DNA of 64,000 nt from a virus: positions 9,769 to 73,768 of IMG/VR virus record IMGVR_UViG_3300025917_000002. The stretch is one strand, 5' to 3'. Position numbers and translations under genes: made by a program. Shown here piece after piece: positions 18,750-27,302 of this stretch (position 1 is its first letter; the number at the start of each line of letters is the position of its first letter). The notes below the pieces were generated by a model that was not told the DNA's origin, searched no databases, and saw only the letters and a list, made by a program, of their open reading frames with translations.

Positions 18750-18917
18750 TTAGTCTGCATCACCCCGCGTTTGCTCTGCCTTCAGGCTATCCCGTATCAG
18801 CCTTCTAATAGCCGCCGCATTCGAGCATCCCCATTCCCTAGCTAGCTTTTCTATAGCTGCCCTTTCCGTCTTATCAAGCGGCACTGGCAACGGCTTACGT
18901 TGTGATACCTTTTTCAT
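18750..18917 (-). CDS. ribbon-helix-helix (CopG/Arc-like) regulator, 55 aa, not in ORF track
   Basis: MKKVSQRKPLPVPLDKTERAAIEKLAREWGCSNAAAIRRLIRDSL; ATG 6 nt after the -10 box (likely leaderless). Confidence 0.75.
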   Translation of the reverse strand: MKKVSQRKPLPVPLDKTERAAIEKLAREWGCSNAAAIRRLIRDSLKAEQTRGDAD

Positions 18918-19067
18918 ATCGTGATGATATCACACTGATATTACCTGTCAAATCCCAGCTAGCCGGTAAGTCGTTTAGCTACAACACCGCCAAACTATTT
19001 TCCCTTTGGTTCCAACAACTTAGTCACAACACGTGATTTATTTTCAAGGTTGTGATATCGTCACGAT
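18918..19067. promoter_or_regulatory. divergent control region with two 17-bp inverted operator-like sites
   Basis: TGTGATATC(A/G)TCACGAT at 18918-18934 (-) and 19051-19067 (+); leftward TTGACA-16-TATCAT. Confidence 0.75.
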
Positions 19068-19069
19068 TT

Positions 19070-19579
19070 ATGAGTACTTCGGAGCTTGAGCTTGATAGCT
19101 CAATCGGTCAGAAGCACCGACACCCTAACTCACTAGCCAACCTACGCCCAGCGTGGCAACCGGGCGAGTCGCCTAACCCTGGCGGCTATCCCAAAAACAC
19201 CCCAAAAGTAAGCGTAGCTTACGCCAAGCTCCTCGCCCTCGATCCTGCTGCGCTTGAATCGTTTCAACCGTCGAACGTCGCGGAAATGATCGCGCTTGAG
19301 CGCATACGAGAAGCTGGGAAGCGTAAGGGCTTGCGTGCAACCGTGGAGATAACGGATAGAATCGAGGGCAAGGCTCCACAACGAATGGAGCTTAACTCCA
19401 CTACTGTCAACATTAACGTGCAGGTCAACCTGTTCCTTGATGCCGCGCGTGACCTCGCGGATAAGCACGGCGTGCCGCTCGAACTCGCACAAGCCCGGAT
19501 GCTCGCCCTCGCCGATCCCGCCCAGCGTGTCGCGCTCGAAGCTGCGCTCGCTGTAGCGCAGGCTACAGAAGAAGCGTGA
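19070..19579 (+). CDS. terminase small subunit (DUF5681-like)
   Basis: HPNSLANLRPAWQPGESPNPGGYPK; DRIEGKA; first rightward gene. Confidence 0.75.
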   Translation: MSTSELELDSSIGQKHRHPNSLANLRPAWQPGESPNPGGYPKNTPKVSVAYAKLLALDPAALESFQPSNVAEMIALERIREAGKRKGLRATVEITDRIEGKAPQRMELNSTTVNINVQVNLFLDAARDLADKHGVPLELAQARMLALADPAQRVALEAALAVAQATEEA

Positions 19580-20002
19580 CCAATCTTACCAGTTTCTTCG
19601 GTGATCTACCTTACGCCCGCGAGTGTAGCGTAGGTTACACACACGCTTGCCCAGCTAACGCACGTCCACACGCGCACGCTTGCCCGCCTCGCGTCCCTGG
19701 CTCGCTAGCTCGCGCAGGTCGAGCGCCAGCCGGTTGCTGGGTACGCCCCGGCGAGGGGGGTGGGAGCGCACAGCGGCGAAGCCGGGTGAGCGGGAGTCCC
19801 GGGGCGAAATGAGGGCTCATGGAAAAATCATGGCCCGACCAACCGGGGCGTAACAAAAGGTTACGGTTGCTCCGGCGCCGCCACCGAAAGTAACAACTAG
19901 GTAGAAAGGTGACGGCCTACCGGGGGGGGGGGGCACGTTCGGCAGGAAATCTCCAAGTGGCCCGGAGTCCCCCTCGAACGCGCGGGGCTGGGAAGTAAGG
20001 GG

Positions 20003-20032
20003 TTGACAGGTGTAAGCGGACGGTGCTACAAT
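20003..20032 (+). promoter_or_regulatory. sigma70-type promoter
   Basis: TTGACA-18-TACAAT with extended TG. Confidence 0.7.
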
Positions 20033-20042
20033 CGACGGCACT

Positions 20043-20408
20043 ATGAACCTTTCCTTATTCAGCAAGATCAACCTGAAGCGGTGCACCTCACCAGAAGGAT
20101 TCAACCATTCGCTCGAAAGTTGGAGTGAGGCCGAGTGGACCAACGCGATTGCTGGCGAGCTGGGTGAGGCCGCTAATCTGACGAAGAAGTTGCTGCGCCA
20201 TCGGGACCGCGTAGCGGGGAACTACAAGCCGGAAGATCAGGACGTTGATTACCTACGAAGGCAAGCGGCGCATGAGTTATGTGATGCGATCATCTACGCC
20301 GATCTGGCGATTCAGCGGCTCGGGTTTGATACGAGCGAGTTATTGATCGGGGTGTTCAACCGGAAGTCTGAGCAGCTCGGGTGTTCTATTCGGTATGAAG
20401 AAGACTAA
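20043..20408 (+). CDS. MazG-like nucleotide pyrophosphohydrolase
   Basis: AGELGEAANLTKK and ELCDAIIY. Confidence 0.8.
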   Translation: MNLSLFSKINLKRCTSPEGFNHSLESWSEAEWTNAIAGELGEAANLTKKLLRHRDRVAGNYKPEDQDVDYLRRQAAHELCDAIIYADLAIQRLGFDTSELLIGVFNRKSEQLGCSIRYEED

Positions 20409-20628
20409 GGCTTTTCTCAACTTCCAATGCAACGCCTGCGACGGGCGCGGGCTGCTGTCGGCGGGCCTCGACTTCGACCCGAGAGCCGAGCGCGAGTCCG
20501 CTGGGAAGTCGCTCCGTGAGGTCGCGCGTTCGATGAAGATCAGCGCGGGCTATTTGAGCGATCTGGAGCTGGGCCGGAGGGCTTGGAGCGAGGGGCTGCT
20601 GGATGATTTCAGGGAGGCGACCCGCTGA
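20395..20628 (+). CDS. XRE-family HTH protein with N-terminal CxxC
   Basis: SLREVARSMKISAGYLSDLELGRR. Confidence 0.8.
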   Translation: MKKTKAFLNFQCNACDGRGLLSAGLDFDPRAERESAGKSLREVARSMKISAGYLSDLELGRRAWSEGLLDDFREATR

Positions 20629-20693
20629 CGGGGGGGGGGCGGTTTTTCTGGCGGCGTTTGAAGTCGCTCGGAGTCCCACCAAAGATAGGGGGT

Positions 20694-21316
20694 ATGAACA
20701 ACATGATCTTGCTCAGCGGAGAATTGGTGGAGCGGCTGGCTCTGGAGCCGGTCGTCGGGGAGCGGTTGGACCTCTGGGGACGTTCGTTTGTTGTGGCAGC
20801 CCCATCGCTCAACTTTGATGCGTGGCGGCTGGCCGAATCGCCCCTTGAATACGCTTGGATGGAGGTAGTTCGGGTGTTCCGGTTGGGATATTACCGAGCG
20901 TTGTGGGCAATCCACGACGCCGGGTTTGGGTACGTTGAGGAGGCGGCGACGATTCGCGTGCGGGACTTGTGGCGAAGGCAGCCAAGCCACGTGAGAAAAC
21001 CACGATGAAACTACACGAGTGGCAAGCACAGCAGCGGGCGGCGGTGGCTCCTGAGTTTGTGCCGGACGCGGAGCGCCAGTGCGCGGGGAAGGAACGGTAC
21101 TTCTCGCGGGCAGATGCGCAGCAGGCCCTCGTAAAGATGCGAGCTTCGGGAAAGGCGAGTGGGCCGCTGAACACGTATCTGTGTTGCCTTTGCGGTGACT
21201 GGCACATGGGCCATCCGCCGAACGTGGGCATCCCACTTGTGGTTGCGTGGGTTTGGAAACCGTGGTGGGTGCGGCTGGCGGATTGGTGGTATGATCGGGC
21301 GCGAGAAAACCGTTGA
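20694..21316 (+). CDS. two hypothetical ORFs (20694..21008, 21005..21316)
   Basis: ATGA coupling; the second has CAGK...YLCCLCGDWH. Confidence 0.55.
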
Positions 21317-21376
21317 TCCCGCCCGCGACCTGTGGTACGATCGCGCCAACTCCTAGTGAGAATAGTGAAACAAGCG

Positions 21377-21421
21377 AGGGGCGGGGCCGTCGGCTTTTAG
21401 GGTCGGCGGCCTTGCTCTTTT
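21377..21421 (+). terminator. rho-independent terminator
   Basis: GGCCGTCGGC/GTCGGCGGCC stem followed by a T-run. Confidence 0.55.
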
Positions 21422-21953
21422 GGGGATGTGATCGCAGCGAAAGTCTGTTATAAGAAGGAGCGGTGATGGCTTGCCAAAACAACCACTCCCAAGCGTATCA
21501 ATGCCGCCGGTGCAAGCGGTATTATTGCCATGAGCACAAGTTGATCTATGACGATGAGTTCTGGTGGTGGAAGTGCAAGGGGCTGGGGCGGCTTCATCGC
21601 ACGACTGCTGATGGGAGGATCATTTTAAGATGATTATCAAGTGGCTCCTCTCCCCGACCAAGCTCCCCCCGTCGCCGCCCTGGTGGCTGGTCATCGTGGT
21701 CTGCGGGGGGATTGGCATTCTGAGGTGGTTGTTTGAGGGCTAAAAAGTACGTCCAGACGCGCGATGGTGATAAGATCGTGGTCGGCGAGGGCCGGTCCCG
21801 GTTGCACAAAATCGCTTGTTGCGACTGTGGCTTGGTTCACGTTCTCAAGTTTAAGCTGGAGGGCTCGGTTATTACGTTTAGGGCGTACCGGGACAATCGG
21901 GCGACCGGACAGCGGCGGCGGAGGGAGCACGAGTTTGTGCCGAGGAAGCGCCG

Positions 21954-24812
21954 ATGACAATAGATATGTCAGCCTACTCCCCCGAGCAGCTCGCGGCCCT
22001 CGATGCTGAGGCGGCGCTTGCGATGGGGGCGGTTGCGGCGATGACCAAGGTGGTCAGGCCGGAGCCGCAGTGGTGCCCTCACAAGCCGAGCGAGCGGCAG
22101 AAACTTTTCCTCGACCTTGATTGCTCGGAGGCATTTTATGGTGGGGCGGCGGGCGGAGGCAAGCAGGTTCCGTTGTCCACTCCCATCCCAACACCCGATG
22201 GATTCACGCAGAATGGAGACTTGCGAGTTGGGGATCGTGTGTTTGATGAGAACGGGCAAATTTGCCGGGTTACGACTTTGTTTCCTACAGAACTTCCGCA
22301 GGTTGCGTATCGTCTCACCTTCGATGACGGCTCTCAAATAGATGCGTGCTCGGAACATCAGTGGCTCACATTTGATGCAAAGGAACTTGGGGCGCTTACT
22401 AGGCGTGATCCTGTATGGAGAGCCCGACGACGGGCTAGGCGAGAGTCTAGGGTACTAGGGACCAAATCCAAAAAGTTTACGGCCAGCCTTATTGCGCGAA
22501 ACATGGCAAATCCCCCACCATCATTACCCCCACCGACTGGATCAATCCGAACCACGGAAGAAATCTATCAGACCCTCTACACAAAAAAGGGTCGGGCCAA
22601 CCATGCAATCCCAGTTGCGGGCGCGCTGAATTTACTTGATGCTGATTTGCCCATTGATCCGTACACACTTGGTCTATGGTTAGGGGATGGGATGTCGGCA
22701 TCGGGTCGAATAGGGATGGCATTAGCTGACGCTGACGAGATTAAAGTACCCTATGTACGGGGGACGCGGAAGATTAGAGAACCCAATGGCGTCACCTCCT
22801 TTTCTGCCTTTGCTACGGACTACTATCCCGATTTACATGTGAGGCTAAAGCAGGCAGGGCTCATAAATAATAAGCACGTTCCAACGGTTTATCTCCGAGG
22901 GTCCCGAAGCCAGCGATTGGCCTTACTCCAAGGTCTGATGGATACCGATGGAACCGTGTCTGATGGTGGCTCGGCTGAATTTGCAAACACAAACAAGCTC
23001 TTAATTGATGCTGCGCATGAACTGATCGTCAGCTTGGGATGGAAAGCCAGAATTATTGAGGGGCGAGCGAGGTGCAATGGTGAGGATCACGGACCAGTGT
23101 GGAATATAAAGTGGACGCCCTCGGACTACGTATTTCGCCTGCCGCGCAAATGCCGAAAGCAGAAACTTGCTGTGCGCCGCACAACCCGATTTCGATACAT
23201 TGTTGATTGCCGCCCGATAGAGCCTGAACCGATGCGCTGTATTGCGGTCGATGCGCCTTCACACTTGTACCTCGTAGGCCGTTCGATGATTCCAACACAC
23301 AACAGCGATGCGCTCTTGATGGCCGCTTTGCAATACGTCCACGTCCCCGGCTACGCAGCAATCCTGTTCAGGCGCACGCTGACGGACCTCGCGCTCCCCG
23401 AGTCCCTAATTCCCCGGTCGTTCGAGTGGCTCAAAGGGCGGACCCCGGCGGTTTGGCATGAGAAGGAGTCGCTTGGGGTGCCGGGGCGGACGTGGGTTTT
23501 CCCGAGCGGCGCGACGCTCACGTTTGGTTATCTGGACACCGAAGTAGACAAGTACCGCTACCAATCCAGCGCCTACCAGTTCGTCGGCTTCGATGAGGTC
23601 ACGCAATTTACCGAATCAATGTATCTTTATCTGTTCAGTCGGCTGCGCCGCCTGAAAGCGATGGACGTTCCGTTGCGGCTCCGGGCCGCAAGCAATCCTG
23701 GCGGAGAGGGCCACGAGTGGGCGAAGGCCCGATTCATTCCCGAGGACTATACGAAGGACCAGGGGAAGGAACTGAAGGTCTGGACGAAGACGTTTGTTGA
23801 TGACGAACAGAAGGAAATCACGACCCAATTCGTGCCGTCGCGGATCACGGATAACCCCGCGCTCGACCAAGCGACCTATATTGATGGCTTGGGGAAGCTC
23901 GACCGCGTTACACGCGAGCAATTGCTCTATGGAGACTGGGCGATCTCCCCGACCGGGCGAACCTACTTCAACCCTGACGCCCTCGCTCTGTTCAAGGCGA
24001 TGCCCGCCGAGATCGGAGAGCTGGTTTTTACCGAGAACCGGCTCGGAGAGAAGCGGCTCATCTTCCAGCGGCGCGAGGACGGGATGCTCAGCGTGTGGCG
24101 AACGCCCGTCGCCGGTCGCCGCTACGTGATGGGCTGCGACGCCGCGCTTGGCAAGGACGCGAACAAGGGCGAAGGCAAGGTGGACCCGGACTGGTCGGTG
24201 GTGCAGGTCCGCGAGCAGGAAACCGGCGAACAGGTGGCGCGCTTTCGCGGTCGGATCAGCGAAGCGTTCTTCGGCGAATATTGGGTCCGGCTCCACCGCT
24301 GGTACAACAACGCTTTCGTCGTTCCCGCCGTTACCGGTGGCTACGGGCGCGCGGCGCTCGTCAGCGCGATGGCGACGGGCTTAGAGGCGAAGTACGTCTA
24401 CTGGCGCGAGGACGAAACAGGGATGCCCGGTCGTCGCCCTACGGGCGCTCCTGACCTCGGTTTCACCGAGTCGGTCGCAACGAGGCCGGTCCTCTACTCT
24501 CTGCTCGACACCGCAATCATCCAGCACGCGATTGAGACTTATGATGCTGTGACGATCAACGAGTATTATGCGTTCGAGATTAACAAGGATGGGAAGCCCC
24601 AGGCGCGCGCGGGCACCAAGGATGACTGCGTGACGGCGGACGCCCTCTGCGTCAAGGGGATGCAGGTCGCCCCCCGCGTCATCAAACCGGCGCTCGGCTC
24701 GTTCGTGCCCCGGCGTAAGTACGGAGGGCCGCAGGCGGCGAGGGACTGGGAGGAGGAGCGGTATTGGAGGGAGCAGATGAAGCCGACGGGGTCGAGGCTT
24801 GATCGGGGGTAG
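21954..24812 (+). CDS. terL: terminase large subunit (intein-containing)
   Basis: Walker A GGAAGGGK|S; Walker B VGFDE; ASNPGG; nuclease YVMGCD, DWSV, KDDCV. Confidence 0.95.
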   Translation: MTIDMSAYSPEQLAALDAEAALAMGAVAAMTKVVRPEPQWCPHKPSERQKLFLDLDCSEAFYGGAAGGGKQVPLSTPIPTPDGFTQNGDLRVGDRVFDENGQICRVTTLFPTELPQVAYRLTFDDGSQIDACSEHQWLTFDAKELGALTRRDPVWRARRRARRESRVLGTKSKKFTASLIARNMANPPPSLPPPTGSIRTTEEIYQTLYTKKGRANHAIPVAGALNLLDADLPIDPYTLGLWLGDGMSASGRIGMALADADEIKVPYVRGTRKIREPNGVTSFSAFATDYYPDLHVRLKQAGLINNKHVPTVYLRGSRSQRLALLQGLMDTDGTVSDGGSAEFANTNKLLIDAAHELIVSLGWKARIIEGRARCNGEDHGPVWNIKWTPSDYVFRLPRKCRKQKLAVRRTTRFRYIVDCRPIEPEPMRCIAVDAPSHLYLVGRSMIPTHNSDALLMAALQYVHVPGYAAILFRRTLTDLALPESLIPRSFEWLKGRTPAVWHEKESLGVPGRTWVFPSGATLTFGYLDTEVDKYRYQSSAYQFVGFDEVTQFTESMYLYLFSRLRRLKAMDVPLRLRAASNPGGEGHEWAKARFIPEDYTKDQGKELKVWTKTFVDDEQKEITTQFVPSRITDNPALDQATYIDGLGKLDRVTREQLLYGDWAISPTGRTYFNPDALALFKAMPAEIGELVFTENRLGEKRLIFQRREDGMLSVWRTPVAGRRYVMGCDAALGKDANKGEGKVDPDWSVVQVREQETGEQVARFRGRISEAFFGEYWVRLHRWYNNAFVVPAVTGGYGRAALVSAMATGLEAKYVYWREDETGMPGRRPTGAPDLGFTESVATRPVLYSLLDTAIIQHAIETYDAVTINEYYAFEINKDGKPQARAGTKDDCVTADALCVKGMQVAPRVIKPALGSFVPRRKYGGPQAARDWEEERYWREQMKPTGSRLDRG
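22164..23303 (+). mobile_element. class-3 intein with LAGLIDADG endonuclease in TerL Walker A
   Basis: Starts QVPLSTPIPTPDG and ends IPTHN|S. WCT triad: EHQW, MRCIAV, PTHN. Endonuclease motifs LGLWLGDG and LLQGLMDTDG. Confidence 0.9.
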
Positions 24813-24828
24813 CCCGCGAGATTTGTGC

Positions 24829-24857
24829 TTGACAGGCTATACCACCTATGGTAAAAA
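24829..24857 (+). promoter_or_regulatory. sigma70-type promoter
   Basis: TTGACA-17-TAAAAA. Confidence 0.55.
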
Positions 24858-24872
24858 TAGAGGCTGCCGAGG

Positions 24873-25520
24873 GTGGTACTTATGAATATAGTCTACAAAG
24901 CTCTGGTCCGATGGCCGGGTGATCTAACCGAGTCTCGCCGACGCAGCCGATTTGGCGATGTGGCTTGGGGCAAAACCCTGAAGGTGTTGGACCGAGAACT
25001 GGCGCTGCTCGGGGCAAGCAACATCATATTCCAAGTTGCTGTTGAGGACCACGACATCAGGCTCGATGGCGGGTTGCGAGCGGGTTCTAAGAAGGAACAT
25101 CCCGGCGTTATTATTACGTTCGATTCAATCCACGGGCCATTGAGTTACTGGACGGATGAATACGATGAGTTTGCCGATAACGTGCGGGCGATCGCGCTTT
25201 CGCTGGAAGCCCTGCGGGCAGTGGACCGCCACGGGGTTAATAAGAAAGGCTCGCAGTATGAGGGTTATAAGAGGTTGCCGGGAGTTGGGGAAACGGGGAA
25301 CGGTCGGCCCCGGTTGGAGACACCGGAACAAGCTGCTAAGTTTGTGGCTAAGCACGTGGATGTACCGAAAGAACTGCTGATGAGCAATAAGTTTGTGTGG
25401 GAGGCTTCTTACAAAGAAGCTGCGAAGCGACTACACCCAGATAATAAAGAGACTGGCGATGATGAGCTGTTCGTCGAGCTACAAGATGCGGCGGTTATAC
25501 TGAAGGGGCATCATGGCTAA
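24873..25520 (+). CDS. phage protein with C-terminal J-domain-like HPD motif
   Basis: RAIALSLEALRAVDRHGV; YKEAAKRLHPDN...FVELQDA. Confidence 0.7.
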   Translation: MVLMNIVYKALVRWPGDLTESRRRSRFGDVAWGKTLKVLDRELALLGASNIIFQVAVEDHDIRLDGGLRAGSKKEHPGVIITFDSIHGPLSYWTDEYDEFADNVRAIALSLEALRAVDRHGVNKKGSQYEGYKRLPGVGETGNGRPRLETPEQAAKFVAKHVDVPKELLMSNKFVWEASYKEAAKRLHPDNKETGDDELFVELQDAAVILKGHHG

Positions 25521-25656
25521 ATCGCCTATTGCCACCAAACAGAAGATCACAAGAATGGTTGAGCTGGTCTGCGGGCGATGTGGCTGGAAGTGGCAGCCCA
25601 AGGTAGAGCGGCCCAAGAAGTGTCCGGGGTGCAAGAATCCGTTGGTTTGGGGATAA
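25513..25656 (+). CDS. 47-aa zinc-ribbon protein (not in ORF track)
   Basis: CGRCGWKWQPKVERPKKCPGCKNP; paralog of 11002..11166. Confidence 0.65.
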   Translation: MAKSPIATKQKITRMVELVCGRCGWKWQPKVERPKKCPGCKNPLVWG

Positions 25657-25848
25657 GCACATGGCCCCAAATAAATCCAGTGAGCAAACCTACGTCGTCA
25701 TCGGCACCATCACCAAGCGCGCCCGCTTCGCGGTTAGCGCAAACAGCCCCGAGGAAGCGATGGACAAGGTAAGGGGCGGCGAGTGGGATAGTGTGGAGCC
25801 GGGGAAGACGTTCGATTGGGAAGTGGAGCGGGCGGAGGAGAGCGTTTG

Positions 25849-26376
25849 ATGGCGCAATCACAACCAATGCAAATTCTGACCTCGCATCAGTCGCAGGACT
25901 GGTACACGCCGCCTTACATCATTGAGATGGTGCGAGAGGTTCTTGGGGTGATCGGACTTGACCCTGCAAGCGATCCGATACCGCAGCGATGGATTAAGGC
26001 CGACCGCTATCTTGATAATCCGTGGGGCCTGAACTGTGCCTGGAAAGCGTCTACCGTGTTTTGCAATCCGCCTTACGGAAAACTTGCAGGGCAAAGTAAT
26101 CAAGCCGTCTGGTCGCTTACTATGTCGGATCAGTACAGGGCGGGCGCTTTCAAAGAAGGTATCTTACTTATCAACTCCACGCACGGTTACAAATGGTACG
26201 AGGAACTTTGGACACGCTACACGGTCTGCCTTGCACGCGAGCGTATCAGGTTCGTCAAGCCTGACGGGACAATCGGCGGTCAGGCAAAACGCGGGCAGAC
26301 CTTTGTTTACTTCGGAGTAGATGATCAGAAGTTTGCGCACGTGTTCGGCAAGCTCGGGAGGATTATCAGACCATGA
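25849..26376 (+). CDS. phage DNA N6-adenine methyltransferase
   Basis: WYTPP, LDPAS, catalytic NPPY, RIRF. Confidence 0.88.
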   Translation: MAQSQPMQILTSHQSQDWYTPPYIIEMVREVLGVIGLDPASDPIPQRWIKADRYLDNPWGLNCAWKASTVFCNPPYGKLAGQSNQAVWSLTMSDQYRAGAFKEGILLINSTHGYKWYEELWTRYTVCLARERIRFVKPDGTIGGQAKRGQTFVYFGVDDQKFAHVFGKLGRIIRP

Positions 26377-27302
26377 GAACCCCCGAAGCGATCAAAGCGA
26401 GCGCCAGTAGCTCCAAACCGGGTGAGCAGACCTCCGCCGCCCACCGCGAGCTGCTCATTATCGAGCTGCTCCTCGACATCAGAGGGTTGCTGGTGGAGCT
26501 TGTTGAGCGGGTGCCGGGGGATTAAAAGCCTGCCTAACGGCAGATCAACTCGTGGAGGACCAATGACCAAAAAGAAACCAAGGTACGGCAAGATAACGTG
26601 GCTTGGGAATACGCAAACCAAAGAGCTACACCGGCTTGTCGAAGGTGAGGCGCACGATCCCCGCTGCCAGCTCTACGAGATCGGCTCGAACCACCGGAAG
26701 GTCACGCGAACGGCGCGGGAGCTTCGGGAGCTTGATTATGACGCTTGCGCGTTTTGTACGCGGAAGTTTCGGAGCCGGGAGAACACCTAAAATGACACTA
26801 CAAGAACTAGCGATTAGGGAACGCCAAGCGCACAAAGATATGCGGGGCGAGCAGCTTCGGCTGGAGCGATTCGAGCAACTGCTCCTACGGCTCAACGAGT
26901 GGCGCGCGGACCCTTCGAGCGTCCGCTGGCAGCCCGTCCAGAAGCTCATTGATGAGTTGGAGCGCGAGCGATGACCATTCTCACCTGGATTCTAGCCGCC
27001 CTCGCGGCTCTGGTGCTACTCGTCATCATCGTAGCGGCTCTGGCCTTGTGGGCCGAGCGCGGAGACAAGTGGGATAATTTTTGGCGCTAGCTCCACCGCC
27101 CCCACCGCCGCTCCGCAATAACCATTGCCCCGCCCCGCGATTCGGCGTACACTCAAGCGCGAAGCAGAACGCCGCAGAGGAAGTCGAATAAGTAGCTTCA
27201 TCATACTGCGTACAAGCAACGGCGTGATGACCAAGCGTATCTTGGCCGTGCGGCGTGGCAGCTCTGCGGCGGTCATGTAAGTACGTCAATGAGGAACGCC
27301 AA

